Assembly (NCBI RefSeq): GCF_004010195.1
Contig: NC_057750.1
Span: 3,406,761-3,470,760, forward strand
Direction of reading: 5' to 3'
Source of the DNA: Chiloscyllium plagiosum
Lineage: Eukaryota
Length of the DNA: 64,000 nucleotides
In this document: in pieces, positions 13,543-25,827 of the stretch
How positions within the stretch are numbered: the stretch's first letter is position 1
How the letters are laid out: each line of letters starts with the position of its first letter
The notes under the pieces: model-generated
What the model saw: the letters and a program-made list of their open reading frames with translations, nothing else
Told to the model about the DNA's origin: nothing
Databases searched by the model: none
Program-made: the position numbers and the translations under genes

Positions 13543-14607
13543 TTGAAAAGAAGAATCAGACCACTGGAAGTTCTGAATATTTTACCTCAAGAGGTGATGT
13601 TTTGTTATGTTCCAATTCAAAGGGTAAGCAAATAAAGGTACTATACTAAGTCTGAGTTACTTCAATTTTCTTGGAGGGTTTCTTGCCATGAGGCCTGTAA
13701 ATTTCCTTGCCGTAACTTATGGAAAGAGCCTCATTAATTGGTTTCCATGTCCCTATGGAGTTTGTCTCATTTAATTTCTGCCCCATCTTACCGAGGACAA
13801 TTTGCCACACAGCGGATTTTCCAGAATTTACTGGCATTCCTTGCACCCACAGCATCTTCAAAAGCTGACAGTGCTTGTCGAGGTGCACAGTCAGTTACCG
13901 TGAAGGGTCACCTCTGAAACCAGTCTAGCCCCCAGTTGGAGTGGTAAGAGTCAGAAACATCTCATTTTACTCCTGTCTGTCTACTCATGTCATGAACTGC
14001 GCAGAGCATTTACAGACGGACAGGATGAATTGAAAGCAGCCGTTCCAGTCTGTTGAAGAGTCAATAACAAGGGGACATAATTTTAAGGCGGGAGGTTTAG
14101 AGGGGATTCGAGGAAACAGTTTTTCAACCACAAGGTGGTGACAGTCAGGAATGCAGTACCTGAGAGGATGGTTGATGTAGTAATTTCAAAAACTTTAAAA
14201 AGTACATGGATGAGCACTAGCAATGTCATAACATTGAAGTGTATGGGCCTAGTGCTGGAAAGTGGGACTAGTGCGGAATTAGTGTCTCTATTTGGTGGCA
14301 CAGTCTTGATGGGCCGAAGGGCCTCTTCATGATTCTATATTTCTACGACACCTTAATCTTGCCTTCCTTCTGTGGGCTTTACAAACCTACGTTTATTCCA
14401 CTGAACATTGAACGAAGGCCAATGGTTAAAAAACTGCTTTAAAACCATTAAATTTTCCATCGGCTCAGCAATTAGATAAGACTTCTTTTTGAACTGATAA
14501 TGTAAAATTGATATGTGTATAAGTTGTTAGATGACAAAAGTTGAGTACATGCTTGTAAAACTAAATATGTTATAAAATAATTGTGAAATTGTCTTCCCTC
14601 CCATCAG

Positions 14608-14795
14608 AGAAAATTCATCAAGAAATCGACGAGGTAATTGGATCCTCGCGATGTCCGTCTATTGAAGATCGAACAAAAATGCCGTACACAGATGCTGTCA
14701 TTCACGAGGTCCAACGATACGTTGACCTTATTCCCATGAATCTTCCACATATGGCATCGAATGATATAGAATTCAGAGGATATCTGATTCCTAAG
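14608..14795 (+). CDS. CYP2 gene A exon 7 (K helix)
   Basis: atcag|AGAAA...CCTAAG|gtcag, 188 bp; [14 protein letters not shown]...FRGYLIPK (ExxR). Confidence 0.95.
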
Positions 14796-15543
14796 GTCAG
14801 AATGAAACCTATTATTACATCCAACATTATTTATACAGCACCTTAGGGTATCAAACCATTGCATAATTACTTTTGAAATTTAACAACCATATGTAACTGC
14901 TACTTTGCTCCAGTAAAATAGAGTAAGAAGTCAATCTAGAAAGGGTTCAAAATGTATTCTGGAACTGAGCTTGAACCAACTTCTTCTGAGATGTCTGGCT
15001 TACTGGCTCAAATTTTGAATAAATAGCTTCCAAGTGTTCTGTGTCATGGAGTCAAGGTGCTATTATATCCAGTAGACTGCAAACATTCTCTCAATAAGGA
15101 AGGCAAATTAATAATCAACACAGTCAGATTTTAAACATAATTGATGATATCCTGAGTTTCAAAGTTATTTTTAAAAGCTCTTACTTAATTTTGTCAATTG
15201 CCTTCCGAAGATGTTGACTCTCATTGTGTACCTCACATCTGAACACCATAAGTTATTTCACTGTGAAAAACATCAGAACAAAGGCTGATTTGGTCATCAC
15301 TTAACACTTAGACGCTCACTCTTAAAAGCAATTTTAATGCTTAATGATCTGGAGTCAGAATTATAGGGCCAAATTTTCCACACTCTCAAGCATGGGACCA
15401 AGAAAGTTGGGAAAATAGTGTAAAAGTGGAAGCAACAGATTCTGAACATTGAGAAATTTATTTCCAAATCTCCCCTTAGGTTTTGAATGATGAGTTTTGA
15501 ATCAATAGTGATGACCATGTATTTGTATCTTATTAGCCATTTG

Positions 15544-15866
15544 GGGATGGCACGGTAGCTCAGGGGTTAGCACTGCTGCCTCATGCACCAGTGTCCCAGG
15601 TTCGATTCCAGCCTCAGGTGACTGTCTGTGTGGAGTTTGCACATTCTCCCAATGTCTGCGTGGGTTTCCTCCGGGTGCTCCGGTTTCCTCCCACAGTCCA
15701 AAGATGTGCAGGTCAGGTGAATTGCCCATGCTAAATTGCCCATAGTATTAGGTGCATTAGTCAGATGGAAATGGGTCTGGGTAGGTTACTCTTCAGAGGG
15801 TTGGTGTGGACTAGTTGTGCTGAAGGGCCTGTTTCCACACTGTAGGGAATCTAATCTAATTTAATC
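15544..15866 (+). mobile_element. HE1-like V-SINE
   Basis: A box tagctcaggggttagc, B box ggttcgattcc, conserved core, tail gggcctgtttccacactgtag...aatct. Confidence 0.85.
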
Positions 15867-16374
15867 AAACTTGCCTCATTTCTTTGGGGCTCCTAATTCA
15901 CCTCCACTTCTACAAAGAACTAGACAGTGCTAATTCCTGACATGAAAGTAAGACTGGTTACTTGGCAGCAGCAGCTTGCTATTTAGTTCTTCAGGTCTTC
16001 ATCAAACTCTGTTTTCACCTCAATGTCCTTGCATGCCCTATGGATATTGTCATTTCCAACCGTTTGTACAAGCCAATGAGCATTGCCAAATCACCAACAT
16101 AATTTTGTTGCATTTTCAGACCAATGAACACACCACTTTAGAACTTTATTTCAGCTCGAGAACATTTATGAGTTGTGTGCCTCTGCCGGGTGCTTTTCCT
16201 ACAGGAACACACAAATTTCATGTATCCTACACAGAGTATATCTTATTGCTCTGAGTCTACTTTCTTAGTGCTTGCTTACTTTGTGTTTATTTGAATGCTG
16301 CCAGTTTCTGTGCCTTGCACTGCTTTTTAGTGCAGAGGGTGAGGTAGGCAGCATGTTACAGTTTGGAGTGCTGA

Positions 16375-16850
16375 ATAGGTGAGAGGTGGCAAATGGAGTT
16401 GAATGCAGAAAAGTGTGAGGTGATTCACTTTGGAAGGAGCAACAGGAATTCAGAGTACTGGGCTAATGGTAAGATTCTTGGTAGTGCAGATGAGCAGAGA
16501 GATCTTGGTGTCCATGTACATAGATCTCTGAAAGTTGCCACCCAGGTTGATAGGGTTGTTAAGAAGGCATACGGTGTGTTAGCTTTTATTGGTAGAGGGA
16601 TTGAGTTTCTGAGCCATGAGGTCATGTATAAAACTCTGATGTGGCCACACTTGGACTATTGTGTGCAGTTCTGGTCACCACATTATAGGAAGGATGTGGA
16701 AGCTTTGGAAAGTGTTCAGAGGAAATTTACTAGGATGTTGCCTGGTATGGAGGGGATGTCTTATGAGGAAAGGCTGAGGGACTTGAGGCTGTTTTCGTTA
16801 CAGAGACAACAGGATTGAGAGGTGACTTAATTAAGACATATTTGATAATC
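16375..16850 (+). mobile_element. CR1 LINE ORF2 fragment
   Basis: KCEVIHFG...RDLGV...YCVQFWSP. Confidence 0.85.
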
Positions 16851-16857
16851 ATAATTC

Positions 16858-16950
16858 GGAGATGCCGGAGTTGGACTGGGGTGTACAAAGTTAAAAATCA
16901 CACAACACCAGGTTATAGTCCAACAGGTTTAATTGGAAGCACACTAGCTT
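16858..16950 (-). mobile_element. Short repeat, third PLE-like family (also 24139-24253 and 35924-36325)
   Basis: ggagatgccggagttggactggggtgtacaaagttaaaaatcacacaacaccaggttatagtccaacagg recurs three times in the window; the 24139 copy starts with a decayed cac-CUGGUGA...AGCUA-gug hammerhead-like core. Confidence 0.6.
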
Positions 16951-17119
16951 TGGCAACAGTGATTCCTGCAGGCCTGATGCAACCACTCTGGGTTATATAG
17001 GTACATCAGTCAGGGTGCTAAAAACACATCTATCTGGATGTTAGGCCAATTTCTTTTGCAATGAATTGGGATGAATTTAGTCTGGTGGAAGAACAGTTAT
17101 GTGCTGATGCAGAAGTTTT

Positions 17120-17980
17120 AAACTCCCCTACACTTAGGGAAAACTTTTGCTATTCACTTTATCTATGCCCCTCATTATTTTATAAATCTCTATAAGGTTA
17201 GGACCTTATGAAAAAGTCAGAACCTATCTGGCCTGTCCTTATAACTCAATCTTACATATTCGCAGCATCCTTGTAAATCTTTTCTGAACCCTCTCCAGTT
17301 TATGGGTGACCAGAACCGTACACAGGCCTCCAAAAGTGGCCTAATCAACATCCTGTACAACCTCAACATGATATCCCAACTCCTATATTCAATGGTCTGA
17401 GCAATGAAGGCAAATACGCTAAGTGCCTTCTTACCCATCCTGTCTATCCATGACGGAATTTTCAAAGAACTATGTACCTGAAATCTAGGTCTCTCTATTT
17501 TACAACATTACTCCGGGCCCCACAATTAACTGTGTAAGTCCTGCCCTTGTTCAACTTACCAAAATGAAATATTTCGCATTATTACAAATTAAACTCCATC
17601 TGCCACACCTCGGTCCATTGACCCAATTGACCCAAACTTACTGACTATGCCCCCTAAATTCTCACCAAAATTCATTTATATCAATGACAAACAACACTGG
17701 ACCCAGCACCAATCCTTGCAGAACACTGCTGGTCACAGGCCTCCATTCAGAAAATCAACCCTTCACCCTCTCTCTCCCACCACAAAAACAATTTTGTATC
17801 CAATTGGCAAGCTTTACTAACCAATCTACCTTGCAGAACCTTGTCAAAGGCTTTACTAAAATCAATGTCAACAACATCAACCTCTCTGCCCTCTTCGATC
17901 TTTTTGGTCAAAAAAACTCAATCAAGTTTGTGAGACATGATTTCCCACATACAAAGCCATGCTCACTATCCCTAATCAAT
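17120..17980 (-). mobile_element. CR1 LINE ORF2 fragment (decayed)
   Basis: IEYRSWDIMLRLYRMLIRPLLE on the minus strand. Confidence 0.8.
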
Positions 17981-18479
17981 TGTTGGAGCAATGGAGTGAG
18001 CATGGATACAGCATATGCTGAGGATGCTGAACCTGATTCCTATGGCAGATGCTAACCCTTGCATGAAGCAGCCAAACACTCACATACTAGATGCAGCATT
18101 GTACAAATAACAATTGTACAACCTTTGTGTCAATTTGCCCAGAACCTCCAACAAACCTGCCTTCTGCTCCTGCATCAGCTTGTTTTTTATATTGTGTTCT
18201 TAATTGTGGACACTGTGGAATTCTGTCTTGCCTGGAGCTGATCAAATAGCTGCTCTCTGGCAGTCCTGAGTTCCAGCAGCCTAGGGCATTCCTTCCTCAG
18301 CCACCTGTGTAGATGCAGCTTGATGTGCTCACCACAGGTTCTCCAGATTAATCTAGCTAACAAATCCGCCAAGGTGTCAGTATCTGAGCTGGTGAAGGAT
18401 GCAGGAGGCAGCTTTGTCTGTGCTTGCTGTGAGGGTTCTGTGTCCTTTCTCAGAGGTGAAGAGGAGATGTCTTGCAAGG

Positions 18480-18560
18480 AGAAAGTGAGGACTGTAGATG
18501 CTGGAGATCAGAGCTTAAAAATGTGTTGCTGGAAAAGCGCAGCAGGTCAGGCAGCATCAA
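18480..18560 (-). mobile_element. 81-bp Penelope-like 3'-end fragment with 15-bp TSD
   Basis: agatgtcttgcaagg at 18465-18479 and 18561-18575; insert matches 1429-1507. Confidence 0.8.
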
Positions 18561-18717
18561 AGATGTCTTGCAAGGCCAACCACTAATATACAGAGACTAC
18601 ACAAATGCTACGTCTACCTGCAGGAAAGAGGGGTGAACCATGCTGGACAGCTCGGGATTGATGGTATTTAACCTTGTGCACAACTGTGCTTTAAATTTGT
18701 TGAGAGTGTCCGGAAAT

Positions 18718-20418
18718 GGAGCATCGGAGGTTGAGGGGTGACCGTATAGAAGTTTATAAAATCATGAGGGGCACGGATAGAGTAAATAGACAAGGTCTTT
18801 TCCACGGGGTGGGGAAGTCCAAAAGTTGAGGGCATAAGTTTAAAAGGGACCTAAGGGGTAAATTTTCCATGCAGAGAGTGGTGCGTGTATGGAATGAGCT
18901 CTCCAAGGAAGTGGTGGAGGCTGGTACAATTACAACATTTAAGAGGGATCTGGATGGGTATATTAATAGGAAGGGTTTAGAGGGATATAGGCCAAATGCA
19001 GGCAAATGGGACTAGGTTTATTTCAGATATCTGGTTGACATGGACAAATTGGACTGTTTCCAGTTTTGTGCAAGGAACATCATGTCTCTTAAGCTCGATT
19101 TGAGTTTTGAGAGCATACCAAAAGATTATGATGGCTGTGCAATAGATGCTGTTTACTTGGATTTAGTAAGGCCTTTGACAAGGTTCTGCATGGTAGCCTA
19201 AATAGTGAAGTGATGTCACATGAAATTCAGGGTGAGCTTGCCAATTGGATACATAATTGGCTTAATGGCAGGAGACAGAGAGTAATAGAGGAGGGTTGCT
19301 TTTTAGACTAGAGGCCAGTGACCAGCGGTGTTCCACAGCGATCAATTCTGAGTCCTCTTTTGTTTATCATTTATATAAATGATTTGGATGAGAATATAGA
19401 AGGCATGGTTAGTAAGTTTGCGAACGACACCAAAATTGGTGAAGAAGGTTTTCTAATATTATAAACTGATCTTGATCAAATGGATCAATGGTCATTTATA
19501 TAAATGATTTGGATGAGAATATAGAAGAATGGTTAGTAAGTTTGCGAACGACACCAAAATTGGTGAAGAAGGTTTTCTAATATTATAAACTGATCTTGAT
19601 CAAATGGATCAATGGGTTGAAAGATAGCAGATGGAGTTCATTCTGGATAAATGCGAGATATTGCATTTTGGTACAACAAAGGTTTATACAATTCATGGTA
19701 GGGTCTTAGGTAGTGTTGTGGAACAGAGGGACAGGTACATAATTCTTTGAAGTTTGCATCACATATCGACAGGTGGTTAAAAAGATACTTGGCACACTTG
19801 CCTTCATTGGTCAGTCCTTTGAGTATCGGAGTTGGGACATCATGTTGAGGTTGTACAGAACACTGGTGAGGCCTCTTCTGTAGTTCTGCATCCAGTTCTG
19901 GTCTCCCAGTTATAGGAAAGATATGATCAAGTTGGTGAGGATTCGGAAGAGATTTACCAGGATGTTGCCAGGTATGGAAGGTTTGAGTTATAAAGAAAGG
20001 TTGGATAGGCTGGGATGTTTTTGCTGGAGTTTAGGAGGTTGAGAGGCATCCTGATAGAAATTCATAAAATAATGAGAGGTATAGATAGAATTGATGGTAG
20101 TTGTCTTTTCCCAAGGATGGGGGATTTCAAGACTAAGGGGCACCTTTTTAAGGTGAGAGGAGAGAGATTTAAAAAAGATAGGAGAGGTATAGTTTTTTGC
20201 ACAGAGGGTGGTTCATGTGTGGAAAGCACTTCCTGAAGGAGTGGAGGATTACAATTACAATGTTTGAAAAACATTTAGATCGATAGATGAATAGGAGAGG
20301 TTTGGAGGGATATGGGCCAGGAGCAGGCAGGTGGACGAGTTTATTTTGGGATTATTTTCAGCATGGACTGGCTGCACTGAAGGGTCTGTTTCTGTGCAGT
20401 ATGACTCTACCACTCTAT
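18718..20418 (+). mobile_element. Two adjacent CR1 LINE 3' fragments
   Basis: 3' end 18718-19062 followed by RT-to-3'-end copy 19090-20418 with an internal 125-bp duplication. Confidence 0.85.
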
Positions 20419-20431
20419 GAATGCCTGGATA

Positions 20432-22958
20432 TTTTAGGCACCAATGATAGGAAGAGAGATGGGGATTTAAGGCAGAAATTCAGGGAGCTAGGATGGAAGC
20501 TTTTTTTTAGATTAGATTACTTTAGATTAGATTAGATTACTTTACAGTGTGGAAACAGGCCCTTCGGCCCAACAAGTCCACACCGACCNNNNNNNNNNNN
20601 NNNNNNNNNNNNNNNNNNNNNNNNNNNNNNNNNNNNNNNNNNNNNNNNNNNNNNNNNNNNNNNNNNNNNNNNNNNNNNNNNNNNNNNNNNNNNNNNNNNN
20701 NNNNNNNNNNNNNNNNNNNNNNNNNNNNNNNNNNNNNNNNNNNNNNNNNNNNNNNNNNNNNNNNNNNNNNNNNNNNNNNNNNNNNNNNNNNNNNNNNNNN
20801 NNNNNNNNNNNNNNNNNNNNNNNNNNNNNNNNNNNNNNNNNNNNNNNNNNNNNNNNNNNNNNNNNNNNNNNNNNNNNNNNNNNNNNNNNNNNNNNNNNNN
20901 NNNNNNNNNNNNNNNNNNNNNNNNNNNNNNNNNNNNNNNNNNNNNNNNNNNNNNNNNNNNNNNNNNNNNNNNNNNNNNNNNNNNNNNNNNNNNNNNNNNN
21001 NNNNNNNNNNNNNNNNNNNNNNNNNNNNNNNNNNNNNNNNNNNNNNNNNNNNNNNNNNNNNNNNNNNNNNNNNNNNNNNNNNNNNNNNNNNNNNNNNNNN
21101 NNNNNNNNNNNNNNNNNNNNNNNNNNNNNNNNNNNNNNNNNNNNNNNNNNNNNNNNNNNNNNNNNNNNNNNNNNNNNNNNNNNNNNNNNNNNNNNNNNNN
21201 NNNNNNNNNNNNNNNNNNNNNNNNNNNNNNNNNNNNNNNNNNNNNNNNNNNNNNNNNNNNNNNNNNNNNNNNNNNNNNNNNNNNNNNNNNNNNNNNNNNN
21301 NNNNNNNNNNNNNNNNNNNNNNNNNNNNNNNNNNNNNNNNNNNNNNNNNNNNNNNNNNNNNNNNNNNNNNNNNNNNNNNNNNNNNNNNNNNNNNNNNNNN
21401 NNNNNNNNNNNNNNNNNNNNNNNNNNNNNNNNNNNNNNNNNNNNNNNNNNNNNNNNNNNNNNNNNNNNNNNNNNNNNNNNAGGGTTACAAGGTAGCCAGG
21501 AAAGACCTAAAGAGAGAGCTCAGAAGAGCCAGGAGGAGACATGAGAAGTTGTTGGCGGATAGGGTCAGGGTAAACCCTAAGGCTTTCTATAGGTATTTAA
21601 GGAATAAAAGAATGACGAGAGTAAGATTAGGGCCAAACAAGGATAGTAGTGGGAAGTTGTGTGTGAAGTCAGAAGAGATAGAGGAAGCACTAAATGAATA
21701 TTTTTTAACAGTACTCACTCTAGAAAATGACAATGTTGTCGAGGAGATTACCGAGATACAGGCTACTAGACTAGGTGTGATTGAGGTTCACAAGGAAGAG
21801 ATATTAGAAGCACTAAATGAATATTTTTTAACAGTATTCACTCTAGAAAATGACAATGTTGTCGAGGAGATTACCGAGATACAGGCTACTAGACTGGGTG
21901 GGATTGAGGTTCACAAGGAAGAGGTATTAGAAATCCTGCAGAGTGTGAAAATAGATAAGTCCCGTGGGCTGGATGGGATTTATCCTAGGATCCTCTGGAA
22001 AACCAGGGAGGAGATTGCCGAGCCTTTGGCATTGATCTTTAAATCACCATTGTCTACAAGAATAGTGCAAGACTGGAGGATAGCAAATGTGGTTCCCCTG
22101 TTCAAGACGGGGAGTAGAGACAATCCTGATAATTATAGACCAGTGAGCCTTACTTCAGTTATTGGTAAAGTGTTGGAAAAGGTTCTAAGAGATAGGATTT
22201 ATAATCATCTAGAAAATAATAATTTGATTAGGGATAGTCAGCACAGTTTTGTGAAGGGTAGGTCGTGCCTCACAAACTTTATTGAGTTCTTTGAGAAGGT
22301 GACCAAACAGGTAGATGAGCGTAAACCCAGGTTGACAGGGTTGTAAAGAAGGCATACAGTGTTTTAGCTTTTATTAATAGAGGGATTGAGTTCCAGAACC
22401 ATGAGGTTATGCTACAGCAGTACAAAACTCTAGTGCAGCCGCACTTGGAGTATTGTGTACAGTTCTGGTCACCGCATTATAAGAAGGATGTGGAAGCTTT
22501 GGAAAGGGTGCAGAGGAGATTTACTAGGATGTTGCCTGGTATGGAAGGAATGTCTTACGAGGAAAGACTGAAGGCCTTGAGGCTGTTCTCGTTGGAGAGA
22601 AGGTTGAGAGGTGACTTAATAGAGACATAAGATAATCAGAGGGTTAGATAAGGTGGACAGGGAGAGCCTTTTTCCAAGTATGGGGATGGCAAACACGAGG
22701 GGACACAACTTTAAAGTGAGGGGCGATAGGTATAAGACAGATGTCAGAGGTAGTTTCTTTACTCAGAGAGTAGTAAGGGTATGGAATGCTTTGCCTGCAA
22801 CGGTAGTAGATTCGCCAACTTTAAGTACATTTAAGTCGTCATTGGACAGGCATATGGACGTACATGGAATAGTATAGGTTAGATGGGCTTCAGATTGGTA
22901 TCACAGGTCGGTGCAATATCGAGGGCCAAAGGGCCTGTACTGCGCTGTTATGTTCTAT
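20432..22958 (+). mobile_element. CR1 LINE (ORF1 remnant, SINE/gap interruption, ORF2 with duplication and RT deletion)
   Basis: GTND..RDGDLRQKFRELGWKL, then NPKAFYRY...GLDGIYP...NYRPVSLTS...CLTNFIEFFE, then YCVQFWSP and 3' tail; gap 20589-21480, so continuity across the gap is inferred. Confidence 0.85.
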
Positions 22959-23408
22959 GGTGAGTACGTATATCTACAGCGAGTTGGAGAATTGATGATG
23001 GTGTGCCATAGAAGCATGGTGCATAGATAATGAGATGATATTTGGGGAGATAACATTTGAAAACTCATAATGCGTCACAGAGGGAACATCTCCATGAAAC
23101 TTGAGAAAGATGACACTAAGCTGATTTAACCCAATGGGAAAATTTAGCTGATTTTTTTCTCAGCGACAGTGAGTTCAAATGTAACAAGTCCATTGCCACT
23201 CTGGTTAAGATCAAATAATTCAGTTAAGTTCAAGAATCAGATTTGCTCTCTTGCATCAATATCAAATATGATGTTACACTAAATCACCAAGATAGATGAT
23301 TTCTAATTTCACTTCACTGTCTCATGTTGCTATGTTTTTCAAGTGTTCATTTGTTACAAATGTAAATTTTGCTTTTTTCCTTGCTGAACTGCGGTAATTT
23401 TGTTTTAG

Positions 23409-23550
23409 GGCACATTTGTGATTCCTGTACTTTCCTCTGTTCTGAAATCCACCAGCCTGTGGGAGAAACCAGATTCGTTTGACCCAAATCATTTCCTTGA
23501 TAAAAATGGATGTTTCAAAAATAGTGAAAGCTTCATGCCATTCTCTGCAG
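23409..23550 (+). CDS. CYP2 gene A exon 8
   Basis: tttag|GGCACA...TGCAG|gtatg, 142 bp; GTFVIPVLSSVL...FDPNHFLD...FMPFSA. Confidence 0.95.
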
Positions 23551-24138
23551 GTATGGACTCTCTTTCTCATTTCTGTCTAATTGAAGTTTTACTTACCTTC
23601 CGGTCAGTAGTAAATATGCTTTTGAGAGACAAATGAAGAAACAAGACTAATCCCTATCATTTCACAGACAGGTTGGCTATCATGCAGTCTGACTGCTATA
23701 TGACATAAAACCTCCGCTGTTATAAAGAGCATTTCTGTTCTTTGGAATGAGCAATGTACTGAAATGTTAGTGGTCAAGTTAACCACACCAGGTCGAGTGT
23801 GAGTAGTTAGCTGAAGATCTGATTTCATTTGAAATAATCTTTAAATTGGTATAAATATGTCTTTTGAATTGATATCTGTGGGAATAATACCACTGAGAGA
23901 AATGGTGGCCCATAACAAAAGTAGAATTCAGAAACAATATGGAATTGCACATATAAATTAAAAATTCAAAGAAGTCATGGGAGAAGAGAGGTTTGAGTTA
24001 CAAACCTGCTCAGTTTGGACTCAATAGTTACTTGGATTTATACTGAACTACTTACTGTGGAAAAGTTGGAAATTGTGAACTTGATCAATGAAGTGTGCAG
24101 AGTGTGCAAGTGTTTTTTTGAGCAGAACTGCTCCACAA

Positions 24139-24253
24139 CCACCTGGTGAAGAAGCAGCTAGTGTTTCCAAATAAACCTGTTGGATTATAACTTGTTGTTG
24201 CGTGATTTTTAACTTTGTCCACCCCAGTCCAGCACCGGCACCTCCAAATCATA
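24139..24253 (+). mobile_element. Short PLE-like repeat (third family)
   Basis: Reverse-complement homologue of 16858-16950. Confidence 0.6.
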
Positions 24254-24500
24254 TCTATATTGTGTGTGTAGTAAGGCATTTCAATCAAAATTAATGGTTT
24301 AGACAGAGGAACAATTGTGTGAACTGTCCCATTGTGGGTCACGGGCATGTTTCATTATTTCCCCCAGTTTGATAAGAATTAGACTCATACACAAAATGTA
24401 CAGAAACAGATTCAGCCCCCTATTCATAATGCCACATATGTTAAAGCAATCAACCGTCAAATACTTTGAGTTTTTTGCTTAATAACATCTGTTTTTACAG

Positions 24501-24682
24501 GGAAAAGGAAATGTCTGGGAGAGTCCTTGGCTCGCATGGAACTTTTCCTTTTTTTGACAACTCTGCTTCAGAACTTTGTCTTCAACCCTGTTATTGACCA
24601 CAAGGATATTAACATCTCATCGGTTTCGAGTGGCATCTTGCATATACCCCACGTGTACAAGTTTTGTGCTATTTCTCGTTAA
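24501..24682 (+). CDS. CYP2 gene A exon 9 (heme Cys, stop)
   Basis: tacag|GGAAAAGGAAATGT...CGTTAA, 182 bp; GKRKCLGESLARMELFLFLTTLLQNF...YKFCAISR*. Confidence 0.95.
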
Positions 24683-25827
24683 CTCAAGCAGGACATCCGT
24701 TGTGTTGTATCAACTGAATTTTAGCAGATGATGTTAGAGCTTCGGTAGTTTCTTTATAAATTATGGACTAATCTTGAATATACATATTCTGTGTTCTTTT
24801 TTAACAAATTCACTCAATCTAAATGTAGATCAAACTTCAGCACACAGGATGAGTACCTTTCTCACAGTCACAATACCAACCGTTTATAGAAATTACTAAC
24901 TTGCCACGAGTGTGACCTACAACAACAGCATTTGGTGAAAAACACTAATTTTAATAAGGAATAGCTTAATTAAATTCATATAATACAGGTAAATGGTTAT
25001 CCATGTGTAACATTAATTTTGTTTCTCTCTCTGTACATGCTTTTAGACCTGCATTTCTGGTTTTATTTCAATCTTCCAGTATCTGCAGTATTTTATTATA
25101 GTAATGAAGTCAAATATTCATTTTTTAAAAATACAATGAAGTAGTTTAGAATTCACAATAATTCACATGTGATAATGGAAATGTGTAATTAAAAAGTTTA
25201 TCAGACCTTTGTCAAAATAGGCTTATAATATTTTTTTTCTACTGGCATCATAACAGATACTTAAAGCCAGTGAAATGTTGTATTAATGAAGGTTGACCAT
25301 GTGAAGTGACTGAATATAACACAAATTTGAACATAATGGGCAGAATCTTTTAGGGGCTGAGTGATGTGGGTTATAGTAAGATCTGTGACAGAATTAGATG
25401 AGAAGGCTGGTGAGGCCTATCTCGATGGCAGGAAATCTTGCTGCATCTTTTAGGCTTTTGACAAGTGAGGGTCTGTTTCCATGCTGTACATCTCTGACTC
25501 TATGACTCTATGGTGAGGGGAGTTTCTTGCTTGGCAGTGAGTTGTCAATTAAACAGGTTTATAGGTTGTTAAGTCCCTTATTAATGCTGCAACTTGACTC
25601 ATCCATATTCAGCTTCCTATCTCATCAAATGTGCCAAATAAGCTAGACATTGAGAATTCTTGACACGAAATCAGAGCAGGCACCTGGTGATTTCAGCTCA
25701 CCACAGGCTGCAAGTAGCCACCAAACACCATTTCAGGGAGAATCCACAGGCACCAGCCACAGGCACCCCTGATCTACAGACATTAGTATCTGCCACTTGT
25801 CAACTCCTCACGACCATCGTGGCATAT

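Larger units (their letters stand above)
1846..24682 (+). other. CYP2-family cytochrome P450 gene A, exons 2-9 (exon 1 upstream of window)
   Basis: Eight GT-AG exons of 163/150/161/177/142/188/142/182 bp join in frame (434 aa + stop), matching the conserved CYP2 exon-size pattern; motifs WKQLR, AGTETT, EVQR, PNHF, FSAGKRKCLG. Subfamily cannot be assigned without phylogeny. Confidence 0.95.

Noticed and set aside
15544..15620. tRNA-like sequence with A and B boxes
   Set aside because: It is the head of a SINE repeated several times in the window, not a tRNA gene
20547..22346. 599-aa ORF
   Set aside because: About half is N gap; the remainder is a CR1 ORF2 fragment
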